Shown: one piece after another, positions 10,601 to 18,407 of the stretch
How positions within the stretch are numbered: position 1 is the stretch's first letter
How the letters are laid out: every line of letters begins with the position of its first letter
The notes under the pieces: generated by a model
The model's database searches: none
What the model saw: only the letters and a program-made list of their open reading frames with translations
Told to the model about the DNA's origin: nothing
Assembly (NCBI GenBank): GCA_964464935.1
Contig: CAYXKE010000003.1
Span: forward strand, 6,844 to 53,718
Direction: 5' to 3'
From: an uncultured Chryseobacterium sp.
GTDB taxonomy: Bacteria; Bacteroidota; Bacteroidia; Flavobacteriales_F; PHOS-HE28
DNA: 46,875 nucleotides
Made by a program: the position numbers and the translations under genes

Positions 10601-11792
10601 GACCCTGGCCGGTGCGGCACCCTTCCAGCCGGTGAACTCGATCCAAGCGTTCAGCAACTCGCAGGGCTCCTCCAACATCCTGGCCTCGGCCCTCAACCTC
10701 ACGCCCAGCATCCAGCTGGTGATCACCAAGGACAAGTCCAAGTGGTCGCGCAGTGTGGTGTTCGAGAACGAGCATGTGGCCTCGCTGAACGAGGGCAACT
10801 CCTACAAACTGGGTCTGCGCGACGCACCCAGCGTGGACAAGGAAGGCCGCATGTCCGGCACGCCGGGATGCAACGAGGAGGAAGCCACCCTGGGCGGCAC
10901 CCAGCCGCGCGGTGCGGGCTGGTTCCCCGGTTACGCGATCGATCTGGAGACGGGTGAGCGTCTGAACATCGCTTTCAGCGAGAACAGCTTCTGGGGCGGT
11001 GGCATTGGCCGCGACATGCTCTGGAACCCGAGCTCCGAGCTCTTTAACCAAGGGTCCGGCCAGCCGGTGTTCGGTGGTGCCCACTGGATCTATGTGTTCC
11101 GCAACGACCGTCGGGTGCGCGGCGCGCTGACCCCCCCGCAGAACCCGGACCAGTGCGTGCCCGCCTACGACGAGTGCCGGTATATCTACAACAACATTTC
11201 GCCCACGGCGCCCACCGGTGGCACGAGCCAGATCTCGACCGCACGTCTGTTCCGTGGTGTGGCCTGGGTGGGTAGCGCCATGCTGGTGCCCGGCCGTGAG
11301 TTGCTGGAGACCGATGTGCGCATCGTCCTGAACGTGGCCAAGCCCTACGAGCGCTACGTGGACTACCCGGGTTCGCTGAGCCCGATCCAGCCCGAGCGTA
11401 ACGAGGGTCGCCCCCTGTACGCCTTCAGCACGTCCGGTCTCACCGAGAACAACGTGCACGAGGTGGCCGTGGAGGCACTGGACATGATCAACGTCGTGCC
11501 CAACCCGTACTACGCCTTCAGCGGCTACGAGACCTCGCGTCTGGACAACCGGGTGAAGTTCATCAACCTGCCCAAGACGTGCACGATCTCGATCTACAAC
11601 ACCAGTGGTACGCTGGTCCGGAAATTCCGCAAGGACAACGACCTCACGTACCTGGATTGGGACCTGAAGAACCTGCATAACATCCCCATCGCCGGCGGTG
11701 TGTACATCTGCCACATCGACGTGCCCGGCGTGGGCGAGAAAGTGCTCAAGTGGTTCGGTGCCCTGCGTCCGGTTGACATGCAGAACCTGTGA
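7632..11792 (+). CDS. Large secreted protein with T9SS-like C-terminal sorting domain, function unknown
   Basis: ATG overlaps the TBDR stop (TGATG); alternative ATG 7653. Signal peptide, acidic Asn/Gly/Cys-rich body. C-terminus INVVPNPY...FINLP...ISIYNTSGTLVRK...WDLKN...GGVYICHID...KVLKW resembles a CTD/FlgD-Ig-like sorting domain. Confidence 0.8.
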   Translation: MKNYTQTMKGFQSALLTRTFALGLFSLLVAHASGRSLPTPSNNANPGAGAAGMAKAAGCAPATQIRFLEYNNVRAIIENGGNKWQRRISPTNSGYEVPKTDDNSGPKAIFAGGLWMGGMSPDNQLKIAAVMFRQGGQNDFWPGPLTTGGDASVTPDVCAAYDKFWYTERVMAETHVKWKNCQEDPDCNMEEEFPNGYSIPQVFYDWPAMGNTNAGQALHLAPFVDWDGDLEYDPSQGDYPDYGFNTSVEECKSKNRETPVSLFGDANFFWIFNDKGNNHTETNGQPIGLEVHAQAFAFSSNNEINNMTFYNYVVINRGTQTLLNTYFGHYVDPDLGCADDDFAGCDVQRGLGFVYNWDDVDANCGSQIGYGGPNPPPPAIGIDFFEGPYQDYDGLDNPGPSAGLSCQEYVAQKGIPYDGLGIGYGDGVVDNERFGMRAYIYFNRESSNNNMTDPASATHFYNYLRSIWKDNRPQTYSGSGYSTDPNAVRAYYMFPWDTDPLGWGTGCVPQPDWRELEQTPTQPDRRFCQSAGPFTLEPGAYNNVTVGVVYGRATQGGATASVEVMRVADNKAQALFDNCFKILDGPDAPDLTIKELDRELIVFITNPAGSNNEGERYEELDPVIPPVNSSGEENDRYYRFQGYKLYQLRDANVSVNDLDDINAARLIYQGDIKDNVAQIINYPMSDAMGIPVPTEMVNGANEGITHAIRITEDAFAQGDKRLVNFKTYHYMCIAYAYNNYEDYNMSTGTGQAFPYLVGRKAAFGSIRSYSGIPHKPAPSQGGTVLNSQFGDKLQVTRYEGQGNGANVLMLAKESEDAIMSGPPWRSDKLVYERGAGPVDVRIIDPLNVRAGDFEIWMLDSVTPATLNDAYWKLVHLQTGDEIYSDRTIDMEYEQLFPKWGFSVRLGQHYYAAGVGPLQTTSPIGTGIMRFDDPTKAWLTGIPDGEGVNPLNWIRSGTQTFTDDDDVYSDKVGYDDDQEYEGLLGGTWAPWTLAGAAPFQPVNSIQAFSNSQGSSNILASALNLTPSIQLVITKDKSKWSRSVVFENEHVASLNEGNSYKLGLRDAPSVDKEGRMSGTPGCNEEEATLGGTQPRGAGWFPGYAIDLETGERLNIAFSENSFWGGGIGRDMLWNPSSELFNQGSGQPVFGGAHWIYVFRNDRRVRGALTPPQNPDQCVPAYDECRYIYNNISPTAPTGGTSQISTARLFRGVAWVGSAMLVPGRELLETDVRIVLNVAKPYERYVDYPGSLSPIQPERNEGRPLYAFSTSGLTENNVHEVAVEALDMINVVPNPYYAFSGYETSRLDNRVKFINLPKTCTISIYNTSGTLVRKFRKDNDLTYLDWDLKNLHNIPIAGGVYICHIDVPGVGEKVLKWFGALRPVDMQNL

Positions 11793-11825
11793 TCACGGCG
11801 AACTGACCCATAGAACATTCGGCTG

Positions 11826-12875
11826 ATGCGATCGATGAAACGAGCTGTTGTGGTGGCCGCCCTGGTCGGGCTGGCCGGAGCGCCCTGCTGGGCGGGAAAC
11901 CCCGAACGGGCGGGCGCGGCCGGTGCCACCCAATTGCTGATCAACCCTTGGGCACGGTCCTCGGGTTGGGGTCTGGCGAACTCCGCGAGCGTTCGCGGTG
12001 CCGAGGCCATGTTCGGCAACGTGGCCGGCCTGGCCCATGTGCCCCGCACCGAGGTGCTCTTCAGCAATACCCAGTGGCTGTCCGGTGCGGGCGTGCAGAT
12101 CAATAGTGTGGGCCTGGGCCAGAAGCTCGGCGCCTCCGGTGTGCTGGGCTTGTCCGCCACGGTGATGGGCTTCGGTGACTTGGAGGTGACCACCTACGAC
12201 AACCCCGAAGGGGGCCGTGGGACCTTCTCGCCCTCGCTGGCCAACATCGGGCTGGCCTACTCGAAGAGCTTCTCCAACAGCATCCACGGGGGCATCCTCG
12301 TGCGGGTGATCAGCGAGTCGATCGCCAACGTGCGCACCAGCGGCATCTGCTTCGACGCGGGTATCCAGTACGTCACCGGTCCGCTGGACAACGTCCACTT
12401 CGGCATCGCGCTGAAGAACGTGGGCCCCGCCATGCAGTTCGCCGGCGATGGTCTCTCGGTGCAGGGCTTCCTGATCCAAGGCAGCGACCAGCTCACCCTG
12501 GAGCAGCGCTCTGACCGCTTCGAGATCCCCTCGCTGCTGAACATCGGCTTCGCCTACGACTGGCACCTGGCCGAGATGCACCGCCTCACTTTGGCCGGTA
12601 CGTTCATCTCCAACTCCTTCACCAAGGACCAAGGGGTGTTCGGCGTGGAGTACGCCTTCCGCAAGATGTTCCACCTGCGTGGTGGCTACATGTACGAGGC
12701 CGGCATCACCGACGACGCCGAGCGTACCACGGTCTTCACCGGCCCATCCGCCGGTCTGAGCGTGGACTTCCCCTTCGGAAAGGAGAAGCAATCCGCACTG
12801 GCCATCGACTATGGCTACCGCAGCACCAACCCGTTCTCGGGCGTGCACAGCCTCGGCTTGCGGATCACGCTCTGA
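11826..12875 (+). CDS. PorV/PorQ-family (FadL-like) outer-membrane beta-barrel
   Basis: Signal peptide then GAAGATQLLINPWARSSGWG...A...EAMFGNVAGLA, matching the PorV-like N-terminal motif. Amphipathic strands (FDAGIQY, FGIALKNVG, GVEY, IDYGY) and C-terminus HSLGLRITL. Start may be ATG 11835. Confidence 0.8.
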   Translation: MRSMKRAVVVAALVGLAGAPCWAGNPERAGAAGATQLLINPWARSSGWGLANSASVRGAEAMFGNVAGLAHVPRTEVLFSNTQWLSGAGVQINSVGLGQKLGASGVLGLSATVMGFGDLEVTTYDNPEGGRGTFSPSLANIGLAYSKSFSNSIHGGILVRVISESIANVRTSGICFDAGIQYVTGPLDNVHFGIALKNVGPAMQFAGDGLSVQGFLIQGSDQLTLEQRSDRFEIPSLLNIGFAYDWHLAEMHRLTLAGTFISNSFTKDQGVFGVEYAFRKMFHLRGGYMYEAGITDDAERTTVFTGPSAGLSVDFPFGKEKQSALAIDYGYRSTNPFSGVHSLGLRITL

Positions 12876-12890
12876 TCACATATCTTCAAC

Positions 12891-12928
12891 GCACGGAAGA
12901 GGGTCCCTCGCGGGATCCTCTTCCGTGC
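12891..12928 (+). terminator. Strong 17-bp hairpin after the PorV-like gene (terminator or greA leader)
   Basis: GCACGGAAGAGGGTCCC-tcgc-GGGATCCTCTTCCGTGC followed by TGTTG (weak U tract). Confidence 0.65.
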
Positions 12929-13003
12929 TGTTGCCCTACCCCGAACCGACCAATAAAACCCATTCGACGCCCTGTTCCGAGCGTCGTCGACAATGAATAG
13001 ACC

Positions 13004-13477
13004 ATGAGCACACCGGCCTACTTCACCGAGGAAGGACTGCGCAAACTGCAGGAAGAGCTGCACCGTCTGCGCACGGTCGAACGCCCCCATCTCAGCCAGC
13101 AGATCGCGGACGCCCGGGACAAGGGCGACCTGAGCGAGAACGCCGAGTACCATGCCGCCAAGGAGGAGCAGGGCCTGCTCGAGGCCCGCATTGCCAAGCT
13201 GGAGGAGACGCTGGCCAGCGCCCGCGTGGTGGATTCGTCCCAATTCGATGACAGCCGGGTCTACATCCACTCCCGTGTGGTGGTGCGCAACCCCGACAAT
13301 GGCATGCAGCGCGAGTTCACGCTGGTGGCCGAGAGCGAGGCTGACATCAAGTCGGGCAAGATCAGTGTCACATCCCCCATCGGTAAGGGACTGCTGGGCA
13401 AGTCCCGTGGCGAGCTGGCCGAGATCATGACCCCGGCCGGAACGACCCGGTTCGAGGTGGTGGACATCAGCCGCTGA
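13004..13477 (+). CDS. greA: Transcription elongation factor GreA
   Basis: Motifs ARDKGDLSENAEYHAAKEEQ and ISVTSPIGKGLLGK. Confidence 0.97.
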   Translation: MSTPAYFTEEGLRKLQEELHRLRTVERPHLSQQIADARDKGDLSENAEYHAAKEEQGLLEARIAKLEETLASARVVDSSQFDDSRVYIHSRVVVRNPDNGMQREFTLVAESEADIKSGKISVTSPIGKGLLGKSRGELAEIMTPAGTTRFEVVDISR

Positions 13478-13480
13478 TCC

Positions 13481-13870
13481 ATGGCGAGCATCTTCACTCG
13501 GATCGTGCGTGGGGAGATCCCCTGCCACAGGGTGGCCGAGGATGATCGGTTCCTGGCCTTCCTGGACATCCAACCGCTGCGGCAGGGCCACACCCTGGTG
13601 ATCCCCAAATTGGAGGTGGACCGCTTCTTCGACCTGCCCGACGAACTCTTGAGCGGGATCATGCCCTTCGCCCGCGATGTGGCGAAGCGCATCCAGGCCG
13701 TGGTGCCCTGCGACCGTGTGGGCGTGGCCGTGGTGGGGCTGGAGGTGCCCCATGCGCATGTGCATCTGATCCCCCTCGATCGGGTGAGCGACATGGACTT
13801 CGCCCGGCCGAAGCTGCAGATGACGCCGGAGGAAATGGCGGCCCTGGCGGAACAGATCCGTCAGGCCTGA
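13481..13870 (+). CDS. HIT family hydrolase
   Basis: SIFTRIVRGEIP, AFLDIQP..GHTLVIPK and histidine triad VPHAHVHLIP. Confidence 0.95.
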   Translation: MASIFTRIVRGEIPCHRVAEDDRFLAFLDIQPLRQGHTLVIPKLEVDRFFDLPDELLSGIMPFARDVAKRIQAVVPCDRVGVAVVGLEVPHAHVHLIPLDRVSDMDFARPKLQMTPEEMAALAEQIRQA

Positions 13871-13882
13871 CACCAAGGGAGA

Positions 13883-14479
13883 TCAGACGAGCCGGTCCGG
13901 ATTGTTCCGGATGAAGGCCTCCCAGCCGTTGCCGCCCCCGCCACTGCTGCGGCGCGGGGCCGGACGGGGCCGCTGGTGCCCGCTGAAGTGATGGCACACG
14001 GCCACGGCCACCGCGTCCGTGGCATCGGTGCTGTCCGGCAGGCCGGGCAGTCCGAGGATGCTCAGCAGCATCGCGGCCACCTGTTCCTTGCTGGCCTTCC
14101 CGTGCCCGGTGATGCTCTGCTTGATGCGCGATGGGGCATACTCGGTCACGCTCATGTCGAACTGCAGGGCGGCCGCGATGGCCACGCCTTGGGCCCGGCC
14201 CAGCTTCAGCATGCTCTGCACGTTCTTGCCGAAGAACTGCGCCTCGATCGCCAGCTCGTCCGGATGGTGCCGTTCAATGATGGCCGTGGTCTCGCGGAAG
14301 ATGGCCCGCAGTTTCCGGGTGTGGTCCTCACCGATGGCGAACCGGACGGCCCCGGCCTCCAGCAGGCGTACGCCCCCCTGCGCCACGTACAGCACGCCGA
14401 ACCCCATCACCGTGGTGCCCGGGTCGATGCCCAGGATGATGCGTTCCCCGGGAGGGCGGCTACTTTTGAGCGTGCCCAC
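13883..14479 (-). CDS. ruvC: Holliday junction endodeoxyribonuclease RuvC
   Basis: ILGIDPGT, LAIEAQFF, LGRAQG, EYAPSRIKQSITGHGKASKEQV, DATDAVAVA. Start uncertain (GTG 14479 or ATG 14512). Confidence 0.93.
   Translation of the reverse strand: MGTLKSSRPPGERIILGIDPGTTVMGFGVLYVAQGGVRLLEAGAVRFAIGEDHTRKLRAIFRETTAIIERHHPDELAIEAQFFGKNVQSMLKLGRAQGVAIAAALQFDMSVTEYAPSRIKQSITGHGKASKEQVAAMLLSILGLPGLPDSTDATDAVAVAVCHHFSGHQRPRPAPRRSSGGGGNGWEAFIRNNPDRLV
14461..14468 (+). promoter_or_regulatory. sigmaA -7 element TACTTTTG for the flippase-like/GT2/permease operon
   Basis: Exact TAnnTTTG, ending 3 nt before an in-frame GTG at 14472. Confidence 0.6.
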
Positions 14480-15455
14480 CCCCCGATCAGTATCGGTGTT
14501 CTCCGGTCCCATCTGGCTGCGGCTCCTTCGCTGGGGCGTGCTGGTGGCGGCTGCACTGTTCCTGTACACGCACCTCGATGCGGAGCAAGGTACGGCAGCC
14601 ATGACCGCTCTTGGGAGCCTTGGAGGGGATGCCAGGGCCTGGGTGGTCCTGGCCCTTGTGCCCGTGAATTGGGGCCTGGAGTCGGCCAAATGGCGACTGC
14701 TGATGGAGCCGGTGCAGCCCTTGGGGCGCTGGCGGTCTTTCGTCGCCACGCTCGCCGGCACCGGCATCGCCCTGGTCACCCCGAACCGTACCGGTGAGTT
14801 CCTGGGCCGTGTGCTCTACCTGGACCCGGAGCACCGGGTGGCGGGCGGCTTCGCCACGGCATTGGGAAGTATCGCGCAATGCGTGGTGACGCTGGTGGCC
14901 GGTGCGGTGGGCTTGGTGGTGCTCGCCGCACGCAGTGCGCCCTTGCCGTGGTCGTCCGGCGGTGCGACCCATGTGTTGGCCGCGCTGGCCCTGGGGGTGG
15001 CGGGTTCGGGCCTGGTGTGCTATTTCCACCCGGGGTGGGTGCGGAGGGCCTTGCTGAGGGTGCCCATACTGCGTCGAACGGGATCGGCCACGGAGGTGCT
15101 CGAACGGTTCCGCGGGGACCAGCTTGCCTTGGTGTTGGGCATCAGTGCCCTGCGATACGTGGTCTTCACGGGACAGTTCGTGCTGCTGTGCCTGGTGTTG
15201 AACACGGGGCTGGGGGCGGTGGATGCTGCGCTGGCGGTGGCCGTGGTGTATCTCATCACCACGCTCGTACCCACCATGTTCATTTCCGAGCTGGGCGTGC
15301 GGGGCAGTGTGGCTTTGGGGGTGCTGGTGCCGCTGGGCAGCGCCCCGGCCGCAGCGGTGGCGGCTTCGGGCCTCCTGTGGTCGTGCAATGTGGTCCTGCC
15401 GGCGGTGGTGGGGAGCGTCCTGCTGCTCACCGTGCGCATCCGTACCCGGTCATGA
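14472..15455 (+). CDS. Lysylphosphatidylglycerol-synthase-TM / flippase-like multipass membrane protein
   Basis: Many hydrophobic helices with NWGLESAKWRLL, TPNRTGEFLGRVL and ELGVRG motifs typical of this family. Start inferred at GTG 14472. Confidence 0.75.
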   Translation: MPTPRSVSVFSGPIWLRLLRWGVLVAAALFLYTHLDAEQGTAAMTALGSLGGDARAWVVLALVPVNWGLESAKWRLLMEPVQPLGRWRSFVATLAGTGIALVTPNRTGEFLGRVLYLDPEHRVAGGFATALGSIAQCVVTLVAGAVGLVVLAARSAPLPWSSGGATHVLAALALGVAGSGLVCYFHPGWVRRALLRVPILRRTGSATEVLERFRGDQLALVLGISALRYVVFTGQFVLLCLVLNTGLGAVDAALAVAVVYLITTLVPTMFISELGVRGSVALGVLVPLGSAPAAAVAASGLLWSCNVVLPAVVGSVLLLTVRIRTRS

Positions 15456-16570
15456 GCGTGGTGGTCGTGCTGCTCATGTTGCTCGCCGTTCGGCATGGCA
15501 CCATCCTGTTGCATTGGTGCCGCCTGATCCGCGCATACCGCCCACCCGCCGCCGGCTCTGCGGCGCCCCTGTCGGTGGTCGTGCCGGTGCGCGATGGGGC
15601 GGGGACCCTACCCGATCTGCTCGGTGATCTGCGGGCGCAACGGGGCGCGGACTTCGAGGTGGTGGTGGTGGACGACCACAGTGCCGATGGCACGGCCCAA
15701 CTGGTGCGGGAACATGCGCGCGAATGGCCGGCCCTGCGGTTGGTCTCCGCCACCGCCGACGGGCACGGCAAGAAATCGGCCATCATGCGCGGAGTGGCCG
15801 TGGCGGCTAACGACCACCTGCTGTTGCTTGACGCGGACGTGCGCTGCGGACCGGACCATGTGCGGCGGGTGGGCGCGTGCCTGAGGGCCACCCACGCTGA
15901 TCTGCTGATCCTGCCGGTACAGGTGGCGGGCGGACATGGGATGGTGGGCTGGTTGCAGCGACGGGAAGGCGCGGCGCTCCAGGGCGCCGCATGGGGCAGT
16001 GCGCTCAGCGGTACGCCCGTGCTGGCGAACGGGGCGGACCTGGCCTTCCGAAAGGGGGCCTTCGTGGAGGTGGGCGGCTACTCGGGCGATACGGTCTCCA
16101 GTGGCGATGATGTGTTCCTGCTGCAACGCATGAGGCAGCGCGGCATGCGGATCTCGGTGATGCCCGAGGCGGCCGTGACCGTACGGACGGCCCCAGAAGG
16201 GAACTGGCTTGCCGCAGCAACGCAACGTCTTCGCTGGGCCGGCAAGATGTGGCGGTCCGGTGGCCAGGTCGTCGGGGTGGGGGCGATGGCCGTACTGCTG
16301 CCGTGGGCGCTGGCAGTGGTCACCGTATGGGTGGCCCTGCAGCATGATGGGGCAGCGCTTCCCGCCGTGGGACTGGCCTTGGCCTGGATGGCCTGGGCAG
16401 TGCCCGTGCTGCAGCTCACGGCCGCCGTCGATCGGGTGTTCGGCAGCTCCGGCCGCATGCGCCTCACGGACCTGCTGGCATTGGCGCTTTTCATGCTCTA
16501 TGCCCCGGTGATCGTCATCCTCTCGATATTCGTGCGGCCGCGCTGGAAAGGCCGCCGTGTGCGCATATGA
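15452..16570 (+). CDS. Membrane-anchored GT2 glycosyltransferase
   Basis: ATGA overlap with the upstream stop. SVVVPVRD, VVDDHSAD, GKKSA, LLDAD, NGADLAF, SGDD, QRLRW, plus C-terminal TM helices. Confidence 0.9.
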   Translation: MSVVVVLLMLLAVRHGTILLHWCRLIRAYRPPAAGSAAPLSVVVPVRDGAGTLPDLLGDLRAQRGADFEVVVVDDHSADGTAQLVREHAREWPALRLVSATADGHGKKSAIMRGVAVAANDHLLLLDADVRCGPDHVRRVGACLRATHADLLILPVQVAGGHGMVGWLQRREGAALQGAAWGSALSGTPVLANGADLAFRKGAFVEVGGYSGDTVSSGDDVFLLQRMRQRGMRISVMPEAAVTVRTAPEGNWLAAATQRLRWAGKMWRSGGQVVGVGAMAVLLPWALAVVTVWVALQHDGAALPAVGLALAWMAWAVPVLQLTAAVDRVFGSSGRMRLTDLLALALFMLYAPVIVILSIFVRPRWKGRRVRI

Positions 16571-17694
16571 ACGAGGCATCGGACCAAAGCCTGGCCCGGC
16601 TGGCGTGGGAGCGCCTCCGACGCGACCGGACCGCCGTGGCGGGAATGATCGTGATCGCCCTGGCCGTGTGCGTGGCCCTTTTCGGGCGGTGGGTTCGCCC
16701 GGACAGTTCGCCGTGGGCCAATGAACAGGTGCCGGGCATCCGCGATCGGGCGCCCGGGGCCGAGGCCCGCCTGCTGCACCTGCCCACTGCGGCCGGTGGG
16801 GGCGTCCTGCCGGTGCATGCGTTGCAGGTGGAGGGGAACGAGCTCGTGGTGGTGGAGGACAATGGCCACAATGACCTGGTCCCCGGCCGGACGCACCGCA
16901 TCGCTCTGCACCTGTTCCCGGACCATGCCCAAGGGGCATCGGAGCCATGGGCGTCGCATCTGGAGCGCCGCCGTTTCGTGCTGGGCACGGACAACCTGGG
17001 GCGCGATGTATTGAGCCGGCTCATGGCCGGCACGGCCATCTCGCTCGGCGTGGGCCTCGTGGCGGTGCTCATCTCGCTGGTCATCGGCATTCCGTTGGGG
17101 GCTTTGGCGGGCTATTTCCGGGCCGAGGCGCCCGGTTCCCGCCTGCTGGGCCGTCGCTTCCGCTGGCCGGTGGATGATGCCGTGATGTGGCTCGTGAACG
17201 TGATCTGGAGCATCCCCACGCTGCTGTTGGTGATCGCCATCACGTTGGCGCTCGGCAAGGGGTTCGTGCAGGTGTTCGTGGCCGTGGGCCTCACCATGTG
17301 GGTGGAGGTGGCGCGCCTGGTGCGTGGCGAGGTGGTGCGCGTGCGGGCGCTCGAGTACGTGGAAGCGGCGCGCGCGCTGGGCTACGGTCATGCGCGGATC
17401 ATCTGGCGCCACGTGCTGCCCAATGTCATGGGCCCGGTGATCGTGGTGAGCGCGGCCAACTTCGCCTCGGCCATCCTCATGGAGGCGGGCCTGAGCTTCC
17501 TGGGCATCGGTGCCCAGCCGCCCATGGTGAGCTGGGGGGGCATGATCCGCAGCTACTATCCCTACATCACCACGGACCTGTGGCACCTGGCACTGCTGCC
17601 GGGCGTGTGCATCATGGTGCTCACGCTGGCCTTCATGCTGGTGGGCAACGGCCTGCGCGATGCGCTCGATACCCGGAGCATCACCGTGCGTTGA
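16567..17694 (+). CDS. Peptide/nickel ABC transporter permease (DppC/OppC-like)
   Basis: AWERLRRD N-terminus, LGTDNLGRDVLSRL, EAA loop EYVEAARALG, RHVLPN, EAGLSFLGIG, GNGLRDALD. Confidence 0.9.
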   Translation: MNEASDQSLARLAWERLRRDRTAVAGMIVIALAVCVALFGRWVRPDSSPWANEQVPGIRDRAPGAEARLLHLPTAAGGGVLPVHALQVEGNELVVVEDNGHNDLVPGRTHRIALHLFPDHAQGASEPWASHLERRRFVLGTDNLGRDVLSRLMAGTAISLGVGLVAVLISLVIGIPLGALAGYFRAEAPGSRLLGRRFRWPVDDAVMWLVNVIWSIPTLLLVIAITLALGKGFVQVFVAVGLTMWVEVARLVRGEVVRVRALEYVEAARALGYGHARIIWRHVLPNVMGPVIVVSAANFASAILMEAGLSFLGIGAQPPMVSWGGMIRSYYPYITTDLWHLALLPGVCIMVLTLAFMLVGNGLRDALDTRSITVR

Positions 17695-17700
17695 CGGCGT

Positions 17701-18327
17701 TCAGTCATGCGGGCGCAGATCGCGCCACAATTCGCCCACGAAGAGGCGCAGCCCGAAGGTGTAGATCGGGGCGGTGAGATCCTCGCCCAAGGGCGTGTTC
17801 ATCTGCCATACGAGCCGGAAACCCCAGCCCGCCCCCACGCCCAGATAGCGCATCAGCCGGTACTGCACGGTCATCGCGGGCTCGTATACCAGCAGCATGG
17901 TGCGGCGGTACACCTGCTTGCGCCCCAGCACGTCGGCATACACCTGCGAGCCCGCCCCGAGGCCCAGTTGCACGGGAATGCGCACCTCCCACGGCCCGCG
18001 TTGGTAGAACGCATAGTCCACGTAGGGGGCCACGTAGCCCAGGCGCAAGCGGAGCTCAAGCGGGGGGCCATCCTCATGGGTATGCGAACGGCGCACAGGG
18101 GAGAGCAGGAAGCTGTAGCCCACGCCGTACTGCAGGCGCCCGGCATGCTCCACGCCCACCTTGGCGCCGGCGATGCGCGCCTGGTGGTTGCTGATGAAGC
18201 TCCCGCGCAGGTCGAGCTTGGCCACGAAACGGGCGGGCTGGGCGGCGAAGTGGGCGATGCTGTCGAAGAGCTGGCCATGCACGGCGCCGGCCAGGAGCAG
18301 GCACAGGGAAAAAGCGAGCGGCCGCAT
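17701..18327 (-). CDS. Hypothetical secreted / small outer-membrane beta-strand protein
   Basis: ATG 18327 (MRPLAFSLCLLLAGAVHG|QLFD), alternating amphipathic strands (YGVGYSF, LGVGAGWGFRL, YTFGLRLF). CACCTTTG at 18333-18340 upstream. Confidence 0.65.
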   Translation of the reverse strand: MRPLAFSLCLLLAGAVHGQLFDSIAHFAAQPARFVAKLDLRGSFISNHQARIAGAKVGVEHAGRLQYGVGYSFLLSPVRRSHTHEDGPPLELRLRLGYVAPYVDYAFYQRGPWEVRIPVQLGLGAGSQVYADVLGRKQVYRRTMLLVYEPAMTVQYRLMRYLGVGAGWGFRLVWQMNTPLGEDLTAPIYTFGLRLFVGELWRDLRPHD

Positions 18328-18407
18328 CCCCACAAAGGTGGGGCCTGCGGCCGCTGCGACGATGAAGGATGCTATCCGCCGGGATGGCCGTGCGGGAAGC
18401 AGCTTGT

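Noticed and set aside
7542-11714. 1390-aa antisense ORF (also 4585-7104, 25375-29958, 32246-34822, 42734-46645 and similar)
   Set aside because: These mirror well-supported genes on the opposite strand. Their His/Val/Gly/Arg-rich translations lack motifs, as expected from strong GC3 codon bias suppressing antisense stops.
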